This document shows, piece by piece, positions 1 through 11,027 of a stretch of 64,000 nucleotides of DNA. The DNA comes from the human T2T-CHM13v2.0 reference genome, Homo sapiens. The stretch's first letter is position 1. The number at the start of each line of letters is the position of its first letter. The DNA is taken from NCBI RefSeq assembly GCF_009914755.1, contig NC_060946.1; one strand, 5' to 3'. The position numbers were made by a program, and so were the translations under genes. The notes beneath the pieces are model-generated. The model did not search any database, was not told the DNA's origin, and was given only the letters and a program-made list of their open reading frames with translations.

Positions 1-1297
1 TCCTCCTCCCCTGTGCTTCTACAAAGCGACAACCTAGGCTGTGTAACCGAGCCTTTCGCTGCACACACTCGTGTCGCCTGCTACTCTTCATGGGTCTCAT
101 CCCCATAGGACAGTGAGCTCCTGGAGGCACACATTACACTTCTGCATCTTTCACAGAATGCAGCAAAGATGCACACACACACCCATGGGCAAAAGTACCT
201 GTAGATCAATTAGCTGCACCTTGCGACATCTTCTTTCCGGGCAGACTCCACGGTGAGAGGCTAACTAGAACACCCTGAGCATCAGGGACAGCTCAGCGAG
301 GTTGGGTGGCTCCCTCTGCCAGGCCCCATCCTTGAGATCAAATGAGCTATCCAGAGAGCAGGTGTGTGTGAGAGGTGGAACAGAAGACTTGACAGCAAAC
401 AATCTGCCTGCCTTATCTAAACAGCGTCCTAATTCTTTCATTCTTCCCCGACTCGGGAGTGCTTTTTACCAACATAGCAGAAGGGCCAGGCACCATGACA
501 GGAGTCAGCCTTTCTCGGCTCACCTCTCTGGGCTCCTTCCTTGCTCCTTCTAACAGAGGTGACTGTTTGTTCACCCTCAGGACAGCTGAAGTGACTAGGT
601 CCTAACGGCATGGCATCCCTCTCCTATATGACCTCACTTTATAATCTCACAGTCACGCAATCTTCTATCAATGTCAAGGTCTTTATGCCACCTTATAAAG
701 ATTACTGCCTCTCCTATTAATCTAGGCCCCCTCATTACTCTGGAATCTATAAGACTGCCTCCCACGAAGTCCCTCCAGCATCCTATAGGAATGGGGCTGG
801 GGGTCCTCAATGCAGGGTCCTCAGATGGCGGCCAGCCTGCCTCTGCCCATCACGATGGCTCTATCGTCTGTGTGCAGAATTCTCTACTGTTACCTTATCA
901 AGGTCTTTTCACTGTAAAAACTGGCAGCACATGTTGCCAAAGACCAGGCCTTGAACACCACAGTAAATCAGATTCAGGCCCTGTGCAATGGTTCGCAATC
1001 CACCAGAGAGAGATCAGACAGATGCCAGAGAGGTGTTAACACGGGCCACCTTGCAGACATCTCCAAGAGCAAAGGTCTGAGAACCCAGGGGCCTGAGACC
1101 CAGCTCCAACTTGCTGTCATCATCAACCTTAGGCAAAATATGTGACTTCTATGGATGTGCAAGTCCCCTTCCGTAAAGACAAAAAACCTTATTTTTATTG
1201 TGTTCCTTTTATCTCAAGTTCCCACCCCGAGGTCAGAAAGCAAGTAAGTGTCCCTGAAGTCAGGGAAATGACTTAGGTAAATGCATGCCATTCTCAT

Positions 1298-2150
1298 CAG
1301 CCTGGTGACGCTGGGAAATACTGATAAGTAAGAGTCTTAGAGAAAGAGTGATGGAGGGAGAGGGGCAAGAAAGGCTGGGAGAGGCATGATGGAAAAGACG
1401 CACATGGAATAAGGCAGGAAGGGGCCCAAAGGCGCCCAGCTCAGATGGAAACACTGTCCAAGCACAGTTTCTCAGTGGGGCCGGAGGCGCAGGGTGTCTC
1501 ACCATCCTCGATGTCGTAGGCGTAGGCCGAGAGGCGCAGGGTGGTGGCGCAGTACTCGCACTTGAAGCAGCTCCGGTGGAAGAACTTGCCCTCGGCACTC
1601 AGCCTCTCCATCACGTAGACCCGCTTCTGGCAGAAGTAGCATGTGTCGCTGCCTCCCAGGTTCTGCGGGAACTCCTTCTTCATGGAGCCCTGCAGGAGGT
1701 GGCGGTCGGGAGGAAGGGGAGCACCTCAGGGAGTGCCACACAGGCCCTCCTAGAGGCACAGCCTTGCGAGAGCAAAGCCAACCCTCACTAAGGGGTCTGC
1801 TTTGAGACAGACTTCTAACTGGCTACGGTCAACTGTGCTCTTGGCTCTGCCACAGAGTGACGGCACCGCCACAGTCACTGCCTCCACGCACTGACAGAGA
1901 ACACTTGGCACAACCGCGAAAGCCTGGGCCAGCCTGCTGCTGACGAGGGAGCCAGCATCACAGTGCTTCACACCAGACTTGAGTAATGCTATGATACAGC
2001 CTGGCGACGCCGGGAAATATCGACAAGAAAGAGTCTTAGAGAAAGAGCAATGGAGGGAGAGGGGCGAGAAGGGATGGGAGGGGCATGATGGAAAACACAC
2101 ACATGGAAGAAGGCAGGAAGGGGCCCGAGGGTCCCCAGCTCAAATGGAAA
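1298..2150. repeat. 154-bp direct repeat pair (1298-1451 and 1997-2150) flanking exon 17
   Basis: Ungapped hand alignment, about 20 mismatches (~87% identity), offset 699. Confidence 0.9.
1503..1689 (-). CDS. MICAL3: MICAL3 exon 17, LIM domain N-part (GSMKKEFPQ...CYFCQK...[10 protein letters not shown]...IED)
   Basis: Acceptor cctgcag, donor GTGAGA, 187 nt; CxxC...HxxCxxCxxC zinc ligands. Confidence 0.96.
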
Positions 2151-2412
2151 TGCTAGCAGAGTTCTGTTCTGAGGGTAGCTGTATCTGTATCTATTCCGTG
2201 TTGACATAGTTCACATGAATATATGTGGGTCCCTGGACTCACACAACAACTACTGCAGTCTTAGGAATTTGGTTATCAAAACCCAGACAACCTCAAAAGC
2301 AATTACCGCATAGCATACACGGGCTATGCAAGCTATAAGTGACTCAGCACACAGGTGTGTTTCCCATGGCTGTGCTGGGTCTAGCTACACAGTGCCTGGA
2401 GGCGTCTCTTAC

Positions 2413-2520
2413 CAGTTCCTTCTTGTCTAGAAGGGCTTTGGGTTGTTCTTTCCTTTGAAGCTGATTGGCTATCTGCTCAGCCAATGAGCTCACTCCGCCC
2501 GTGTACATCTTTATATACTT
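2413..2520 (-). CDS. MICAL3: MICAL3 alternative cassette exon E (KYIKMYTGGVSSLAEQIANQLQRKEQPKALLDKKEL)
   Basis: Pyrimidine-rich upstream region, cgatag| acceptor, CTG|GTAAGA donor, 108 nt, phase 0-0. Confidence 0.82.
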
Positions 2521-4366
2521 CTATCGGTTGAAGATTACAAAATGACCAGAATGAAGGGAAATGAGAAGGAAAAAAATACATAAATTAAGAAGACACGGGG
2601 AAAAAAAGAAATCTTTGGGAAGTGCAATTTGAATACAAGGTGCAGCAGCAAACCATGCCAACACAGTGCTCACAGGCAGGGAAACCGGGTGGAAGAAAAA
2701 CATCGCGTCAGTGTCCACGCAGGGGTACCGGCACAGGCAGGACGGCTGCAGGGGAAGTGTCTTCCTTGGGAAGAACTGGGTCTCTCCCATCTCTGTGGAA
2801 TGCACAGTTCCAGGGAATGGTGGTAGAAGGCAGGGCGAACGCGCACAGAGACAGGCAGGCAGGGCCTGGGTCCTGCAGAGCTGGGCTGCATTCACAGAAC
2901 TCGAGGGGCACCCCCATGCACGCAGCAGTGCCCAGGCTGAGCCTGCCTTTCACGGTCCAGGAGGCCATCTCCTCACTCAGAAGGAACCATGTTCACTCCT
3001 GCACAGGCCGCCTCTGTGTGGGTAGCGCACGTCGCCAGCTCTTCCTGCTTCCTGACGCTTGACCCCACAATGCCTGCCACAGGCAGCGAACGCTCCCAGG
3101 CTGTTTTGGAAGAAGCCTTCTCAGCCCTTTCTCCCTGCTGATGTTATTGGGGGTCTGAGGGCAGCATGATGAGGCCCGTGTGGCCCATCCAGGTGCTGAG
3201 GCCAGAGCCTTCTAGACTGGGCTGGGCATGTTGGCCACGAGGTGTGGCCATGCAGCCAAGCTGCTCCACCAGCCCAGGAAGGTGGGAATGTGTTCTAGGC
3301 CAGGAGGGCTTATTTTAGAGGTTGAAGAAAGGTAAGAGAAAAAAACCCAACCAACTCAAGCCTCTTTCTGGCAACACTGAAACCACAGGAGAAACTTCCA
3401 CGTCTCCATCATGAGCCGCCCTGCTCACACCTAAGCTGGGTGCCCAGGCAGCCCCGCCTTGACCTGTCCCGAGAGGAAGTCCTCTAGAGACTCCCACGAT
3501 CAAATCACCCTTCCATGTGGAGATGGCCACACCACCATGTGGGTGATGCTCCTCTCATGAACTTCATGGAGTAAGGGGGCTCCCTGCCCCCTGGGGGAAC
3601 CTGACCCTAATTCTGACTCAGCAACTCACCATGAGCCATTATCCCGGGGATGCCAACAGCCCCCTTAGGACATGGCCTGAATGGACAGACACATAAGGCC
3701 TCGTGTGAGGAAGAAACACAGAAGCACCGGGCAGGGGGAAGCAGGCGCTCGAGGGGCTCACAGATGCACACACGACGAAGCCGTTCTTGTGGCTCAGCTC
3801 AAGGCTCAGCTGAACTGAAGAAGCAATTATAGCTTTTAATTCAAAAATAAGATTCCCAAGGATTGGTGCCATTTGCCCATTAACTTCACAGATTATACCT
3901 ATTAGTGGTCAAGACAAACACGTGGCTCTCAGATCTAAACCTTCTTTAGGGACACTAAAGAAACTGAGGCTTGGGACAGACAGACACCAGGCAGAGCTGA
4001 GCAGGTAACTTAACAGCTGACACTGAGGGAGCAGAAAATGGCATTTCTCTCATTCTGCAGCAGACACGGGGCAGTGTGGGCCAGATGCCAAGTATGAGGC
4101 CAGGACACCAAGCCAGCCCTGGGCCCTCACTGCTCAGCCAGGACCCTTTTCTCCTGAACTAAACCATCTGGGTTTAGTTGAACTAAACCTGGGGCTGCCC
4201 GTGCAAAGGCATCTGCCACATTCAGTTCTCAGCAAGTTGGCAACACTGACAAGCATCCCTGCAAGAGAGGTGAAGACTCAAGTTCTATTTGTTTCTGGCA
4301 TGAAAAGCGATGGTTTCCTTCTCATCACTCATAAAAAATAGCAGAAATGTGGCAATTGCGGGATCG

Positions 4367-4659
4367 ATCCCACCGCACACCATACGTGTGCATATGCTAC
4401 CATGCACATAGGCCTCAACCCAGGCATGGGAAATACCAGTAGGAGCGGCAAAGAGACCTTCCAATCTCTCTAGAAACTCCCTACAACTGAACCAGTGCTA
4501 CTTCAGATCCCGCCGCACACCATACGCGTGCATATGCTACCATGCACATAGGACGTGAGGTCTGGCGTCAACTCAGGCATGGGAAATACCAGTAGGAGTG
4601 GCAAAGAGACCTTCCAATCTCTCTAGAAACTCCCTACAACTGGACCAGCGCTACTTCAG
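4367..4659. repeat. Tandem duplication: 140-bp unit (4367-4506) and 153-bp unit (4507-4659)
   Basis: atccc(a/g)ccgcacaccatacg...gctacttcag occurs twice; the second copy has a 13-bp insertion. Confidence 0.9.
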
Positions 4660-5112
4660 GTGACAGCCGCGTACATTCCTCAAATGATGACAACAGGCAG
4701 CCAGAATACCGCATCATCACCCCTCCATTGAGGTGATTTAATTACATTGTGGTTCCTACTTTTTAACACATATTATTTTGGAAGACATGTGAAGTTAAAA
4801 AAGCCAATGGCTGCAAAACATTTATCATTATTTGATATAGTTGAAATAGGATCAAAGCGGGTTCACATCAACAGACCTGGATGTGTCAGATACAGTTGGA
4901 TGAAAGCCAGCAGCCACTTTAGCTGAGGAGTGTGCCACAGACCTCACACACGAGACCGACACAGGCAAACAGCAACACATGCAGCTGGCTCCCTACAGGA
5001 GACGGGCCCAAGTGAGGAACACTGCAGCCTCCTGGGGTACATGACACTTGCGAAAGTGACGTGAGTGGAGGCTGCGGAGGGCAGAGTTTTAGTGAGTCCT
5101 AGGCCATGCTAC

Positions 5113-5220
5113 CTGTCGGAGGGAGTCGGAGGAGGGAGAGGCGGGGCGGGCAGAGGAGCGGAGACTAAGAGAAAGCTCCCACTGGTCGACAAAAAATCGA
5201 CGAGGAGGTTCAGGCTCTGG
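5113..5220 (-). CDS. MICAL3: MICAL3 alternative cassette exon D (PEPEPPRRFFVDQWELSLSLRSSARPASPSSDSLRQ)
   Basis: Long pyrimidine tract then ttttatag|, CAG|GTAGCA donor, 108 nt, phase 0-0. Confidence 0.8.
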
Positions 5221-6128
5221 CTATAAAATACAAGATGGAGAAAAACAAAAGTAAAGGAAATGTTAAATTAAGTCACACACTGACCTCTGAACATAAGATG
5301 GTTGTAGAGCCTTTTACTCTAGACCTTTATCTAAATACCATGTATAGTAAAAAAAAAAAAAAAAAAAAAGTAGCTCCAGAAGCATAAGCGGCCCATGCAA
5401 GGCTTCCGTTTTGCTTTTAACTGTCCTTCCCTCATGCTTGCAGCAGAGCACACCCTGGAACGCGGTCCCGCAGCTGTGGGCCGCCCGGCACAGCCTCGGC
5501 CTCCCTCTGAATGGGTAAGGCAGCCTGCAGGAAGGGCAGGGGGATGGCTTGTCGACTCACATGCTCTGTGCTCTGCCAAGCAACCCCCGGCCTGAGCTGG
5601 GATTTCTCCAGGGCAAAAAGATTCTCCCGCCACCCTATCACTCCATTGGCCTTAGAAGTAGCAGGCAGCGGAGACAGCAAATCTAGAGTGAAGCTCGCTC
5701 CTTCTACAGAAGGGCCAGGAATGCAGCATCTCTTCCTTCCACTTAGTGCTCAGAGAGGCTCTGCTTGCCAAAGAGCCAGCTGAATCCCAAGCAAAGATGA
5801 GGAGAAAAGACTTGAGCCCAAATCCTCTGCAGACTGCACATAGCACACGTAACAAAACTGGGCAAGGGTCTCCCTTAGCCGTGGGCCCATGCAGCTAGGA
5901 ACCCAGTCCCCAGAGATTGAGGCAGTGACCGAAAGCTTTGGCAACCAATAACTGCTTCATTTCCCACCAGGTTCAGAATGAACTATTTACAGGTGGGAAG
6001 GACAGCATTAAGTCATGATGCTAGAAAGCCCTCTGCTCCTCCAGCTCCAAGCCAGATTGGTCACACTCCCTACCTCAGCCACGTGCACTTCATAGCTCCG
6101 TGGGGTGGCGACATAGACTGGCAGTTAC

Positions 6129-6221
6129 CTGGTACTTCAACACCCTCTGCTTGAGACACTCAGCCAGCTCCTTGGCCCTGGGCTCAGCAACACAGGCCCC
6201 AGAGGGAGCTGGAGAGGATGG
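6129..6221 (-). CDS. Candidate additional MICAL3 cassette exon X (PSSPAPSGACVAEPRAKELAECLKQRVLKYQ)
   Basis: cttacag| acceptor at 6222-6223, strong CAG|GTAACT donor at 6128, 93 nt, phase 0-0, stop-free; no transcript evidence available here. Confidence 0.45.
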
Positions 6222-6362
6222 CTGTAAGCACCGCCCCTCAGAAGGAAGCAAGAGGGAGACTCAGTAGCCCCCTGGGGGGCAGAGCAGTCAGAGCCAAGGG
6301 GAGGAGTGGGGGACTGGGTAGGACTGGGTAGAGGTGGGGCAGAGAGGGCAAGTACACATGCA

Positions 6363-9300
6363 GGGTTATGGAGGTTAGGGAGGTTATGGAGGTTAGGGAG
6401 CTTATGGAGGTTAGGGAGGTTAAGGAGGTTAGGGAAGTTATGGAGGTTAGGGAGGTTAGGGAAGTTATGGAGGTTAGGGAGGTTAGGGAGGTTATGGAGG
6501 TTAGGGAGGTTAGGGAGGTTAGGGAGGTTATGGAGGTTAGGGAGGTTAGGGAGGTTATGGAGGTTAGGGAGGTTAGGGAGGTTATGGAGGTTAGGGAGGT
6601 TAGGGAGGTTAGGGAGGTTATGGAGGTTAGGGAGGTTAGGGAAGTTATGGAGGTTAGGGAGGTTAGGGAGGTTATGGAGGTTAGGGAAGTTATGGAGGTT
6701 ATGGAGGTGAGGGAGGTTATGGAGGTTATGGAGGTTAGGGAGGTTATGGAGGTTAGGGAGGTTAGGGAGGTGAGGGAGGTTATGGAGGTTAGGGAGGTTA
6801 TGGAGGTTAGGGAAGTTATGGAGGTTATGGAGGTGAGGGAGGTTATGGAGGTTAGGGAGGTTATGGAGGTGAGGGAGGTTAGGGAGGTTAGGGAGGTTAG
6901 GGAAGTTATGGAGGTTATGGCAGTTATGGAGGTGAGGGAGGTTATGGAGGTTAGGGAGATTATGGAGGTTAGGGAGGTTATGGAGGTTAGGGAAGTTATG
7001 GAGGTTATGGAGGTGAGGGAGGTTATGGAGGTTAGGGAGGTTATGGAGGTGAGGGAGGTTAGGGAGGTTAGGGAGGTTAGGGAAGTTATGGAGGTTAGGG
7101 AGGTTAGGGAAGTTATGGAGGTTAGGGAGGTTATGGAGGTTAGGGAGGTTAGGGAGGTTATGGAGGTTAGGGAGGTTATGGAGGTTAGGGAGGTTAGGGA
7201 GGTTAGGGAAGTTATGGAGGTTATGGCAGTTATGGAGGTGAGGGAGGTTATGGAGGTTAGGGAGGTTATGGAGGTTAGGGAGGTGAGGGAGGTTATGGAG
7301 GTTAGGGAGGTTAGGGAAGTTATGGAGGTTAGGGAGATTATGGAGGTTAGGGAGGTTATGGAGGTTAGGGAGGTTATGGAGGTTAGGGAGGTTATGGAGG
7401 TTAGGGAGGTTAGGGAGGTGAGGGAGGTTAGGGAGGTTAGGGAAGTTATGGAGGTTATGGCAGTTATGGAGGTGAGGGAGGTTATGGAGGTTAGGGAGAT
7501 TATGGAGGTTAGGGAGGTTATGGAGGTTAGGGAAGTTATGGAGGTTATGGAGGTGAGGGAGGTTATGGAGGTTAGGGAGGTTATGGAGGTTAGGGAGGTT
7601 ATGGAGGTTAGGGAGGTTAGGGAGGTGAGGGAGGTTAGGGAGGTGAGGGAGGTTATGGAGGTTAGGGAGGTTATGGAGGTTAGGGAAGTTATGGAGGTTA
7701 TGGAGGTTAGGGAGGTTATGGAGGTTAGGGAGGTTATGGAGGTTATGGAGGTTAGGGAAGTTATGGAGGTTAGGGAGGTTAGGGAGGTTATGGAGGTTAT
7801 GGAGGTTAGGGAAGTTATGGAGGTGAGGGAGGTTATGGAGGTTAGGGAGGTTATGGAGGTTAGGGAGGTTATGGAGGTTAGGGAGGTTAGGGAAGTTATG
7901 GAGGTTAGGGAGGTTAGGGAGGTTATGGAGGTTATGGAGGTTAGGGAAGTTATGGAGGTGAGGGAGGTTATGGAGGTTAGGGAGGTTAGGGAGGTTAGGG
8001 AGGTTATGGAGGTTAGGGAGGTTAGGGAGGTGAGGGAGGTTATGGAGGTTAGGGAGGTTAGGGAGGTGAGGGAGGTTATGGAGGTTAGGGAGGTTAGGGA
8101 AGTTATGGAGGTTAGGGAGATTATGGAGGTTAGGGAGGTTATGGAGGTTAGGGAGGTTATGGAGGTTAGGGAGGTTATGGAGGTTAGGGAGGTTAGGGAG
8201 GTGAGGGAGGTTATGGAGGTTAGGGAAGTTATGGAGGTTAGGGAGGTTATGGAGGTTAGGGAGGTTAGGGAGGTGAGGGAGGTTATGGAGGTTAGGGAGG
8301 TTATGGAGGTTAGGGAAGTTATGGAGGTTATGGAGGTTAGGGAGGTTATGGAGGTTAGGGAGGTTATGGAGGTTATGGAGGTTAGGGAAGTTATGGAGGT
8401 TAGGGAGGTTAGGGAGGTTATGGAGGTTATGGAGGTTAGGGAAGTTATGGAGGTGAGGGAGGTTATGGAGGTTAGGGAGGTTATGGAGGTTAGGGAGGTT
8501 ATGGAGGTTAGGGAGGTTAGGGAAGTTATGGAGGTTAGGGAGGTTAGGGAGGTTAGGGAGGTTATGGAGGTTAGGGAGGTTAGGGAGGTGAGGGAGGTTA
8601 TGGAGGTTAGGGAGGTTATGGAGGTTAGGGAGGTGAGGGAGGTTATGGAGGTTATGGAGGTTAGGGAGGTTATGGAGGTTAGGGAGGTTAGGGAGGTGAG
8701 GGAGGTTATGGAGGTTATGGAGGTTATGGAGGTTAGGGAGGTTATGGAGGTTAGGGAAGTTATGGAGGTTATGGAGGTGAGGGAGGTTATGGAGGTTAGG
8801 GAGGTTAGGGAAGTTATGGAGGTTAGGGAGGTTAGGGAGGTTAGGGAGGTTATGGAGGTTAGGGAGGTTAGGGAGGTGAGGGAGGTTATGGAGGTTAGGG
8901 AGGTTAGGGAGGTGAGGGAGGTTATGGAGGTTAGGGAGGTTAGGGAAGTTATGGAGGTTAGGGAGATTATGGAGGTTAGGGAGGTTATGGAGGTTAGGGA
9001 GGTTATGGAGGTTAGGGAGGTTATGGAGGTTAGGGAGGTTAGGGAGGTGAGGGAGGTTATGGAGGTTAGGGAAGTTATGGAGGTTAGGGAGGTTATGGAG
9101 GTTAGGGAGGTTAGGGAGGTGAGGGAGGTTATGGAGGTTAGGGAGGTTATGGAGGTTAGGGAAGTTATGGAGGTTATGGAGGTTAGGGAGGTTATGGAGG
9201 TTAGGGAGGTTATGGAGGTTATGGAGGTTAGGGAAGTTATGGAGGTTAGGGAGGTTAGGGAGGTTATGGAGGTTATGGAGGTTAGGGAAGTTATGGAGGT

Positions 9301-11027
9301 GAGGGAGGTTATGGAGGTTAGGGAGGTTATGGAGGTTAGGGAGGTTATGGAGGTTAGGGAGGTTAGGGAAGTTATGGAGGTTAGGGAGGTTAGGGAGGTT
9401 AGGGAGGTTATGGAGGTTAGGGAGGTTAGGGAGGTGAGGGAGGTTATGGAGGTTAGGGAGGTTATGGAGGTTAGGGAGGTGAGGGAGGTTATGGAGGTTA
9501 TGGAGGTTAGGGAGGTTATGGAGGTTAGGGAGGTTAGGGAGGTGAGGGAGGTTATGGAGGTTATGGAGGTTAGGGAGGTTATGGAGGTTAGGGAGGTTAT
9601 GGAGGTTAGGGAAGTTATGGAGGTTATGGAGGTTAGGGAGGTTATGGAGGTTAGGGAGGTTATGGAGGTTAGGGAGGTTATGGAGGTTAGGGAGGTTATG
9701 GAGGTTAGGGAGGTTAGGGAAGTTATGGAGGTTAGGGAGGTTATGGAGGTTAGGGAAGTTATGGAGGTTAGGGAGGTTATGGAGGTTAGGGAAGTTATGG
9801 AGGTTATGGAGGTTAGGGAGGTTATGGAGGTTAGGGAGGTTATGGAGGTTAGGGAGGTTATGGAGGTTAGGGAGGTTATGGAGGTTAGGGAGGTTAGGGA
9901 AGTTATGGAGGTTAGGGAGGTTATGGAGGTTAGGGAGGTTATGGAGGTTAGGGAGGTTATGGAGGTTAGGGAAGTTATGGAGGTTATGGAGGTTAGGGAG
10001 GTTATGGAGGTTAGGGAGGTTATGGAGGTTAGGGAGGTTATGGAGGTTAGGGAGGTTATGGAGGTTAGGGAGGTTAGGGAAGTTATGGAGGTTAGGGAGG
10101 TTATGGAGGTTAGGGAGGTTATGGAGGTTAGGGAGGTTATGGAGGTTAGGGAGGTTATGGAGGTTAGGGAAGTTATGGAGGTTAGGGAGGTTAGGGAGGT
10201 TATGGAGGTTAGGGAAGTTATGGAGGTTAGGGAGGTTAGGGAGGTTATGGAGGTTAGGGAGGTTATGGAGGTTAGGGAAGTTATGGAGGTTAGGGAGGTT
10301 ATGGAGGTTAGGGAGGTTAGGGAGGTTAGGGAAGTTATGGAGGTTAGGGAAGTTATGGAGGTTAGGGAGGTTATGGAGGTTAGGGAGGTTATGGAGGTTA
10401 GGGAGGTTATGGAGGTTATGGAGGTTAGGGAAGTTATGGAGGTTATGGAGGTTAGGGAGGTTATGGAGGTTAGGGAGGTTATGGAGGTTAGGGAGGTTAT
10501 GGAGGTTAGGGAGGTTATGGAGGTTAGGGAGGTTAGGGAAGTTATGGAGGTTAGGGAGGTTATGGAGGTTAGGGAGGTTAGGGAGGTTATGGAGGTTAGG
10601 GAGGTTAGGGAGGTTAGGGAGGTTATGGAGGTTAGGGAGGTTAGGGAAGTTATGGAGGTTAGGGAGGTTATGGAGGTTAGGGAGGTTATGGAGGTTAGGG
10701 AGGTTAGGGAGGTTATGGAGGTTAGGGAGGTTAGGGAGGTTATGGAGGTTAGGGAGGTTAGGGAGGTTAGGGAGGTTATGGAGGTTAGGGAGGTGAGGGA
10801 GGTTATGGAGGTTAGGGAGGTTAGGGAAGTTATGGAGGTTAGGGAGATTATGGAGGTGAGGGAGGTTATGGAGGTTAGGGAGATTATGGAGGTTAGGGAG
10901 GTTATGGAGGTTAGGGAGGTTATGGAGGTTAGGGAGGTTAGGGAGGTGAGGGAGGTTATGGAGGTGAGGGAGGTTATGGAGGTTAGGGAGGTTAGGGAAG
11001 TTATGGAGGTTAGGGAGGTTATGGAGG
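6363..11027. repeat. G-rich 9-bp-unit minisatellite/VNTR, about 518 units: GGAGGTTAG and GGAGGTTAT, with GGAAGTTAT, GGAGGTGAG, GGAGATTAT and GGCAGTTAT variants; contains TTAGGG
   Basis: Directly visible; 9-nt register kept throughout, as shown by the 1576-1635 aa repeat ORFs. Confidence 0.98.

Noticed and set aside
2729-2792. Possible extra cassette exon (ttccacag|AGATGG...GCCG|gtaccc)
   Set aside because: 64 nt is not frame-preserving and the donor is weak; no support from sequence alone.
5454-5524. Strong-looking acceptor cccttcctgcag| at 5525
   Set aside because: The nearest donor gives 71 nt (frameshift) and read-through meets a stop; cannot be supported as an exon.
6363-11027. CRISPR array or true telomere/fusion site
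   Set aside because: There are no unique spacers and the context is human. The unit is 9 bp rather than tandem TTAGGG hexamers, and there is no head-to-head inversion.
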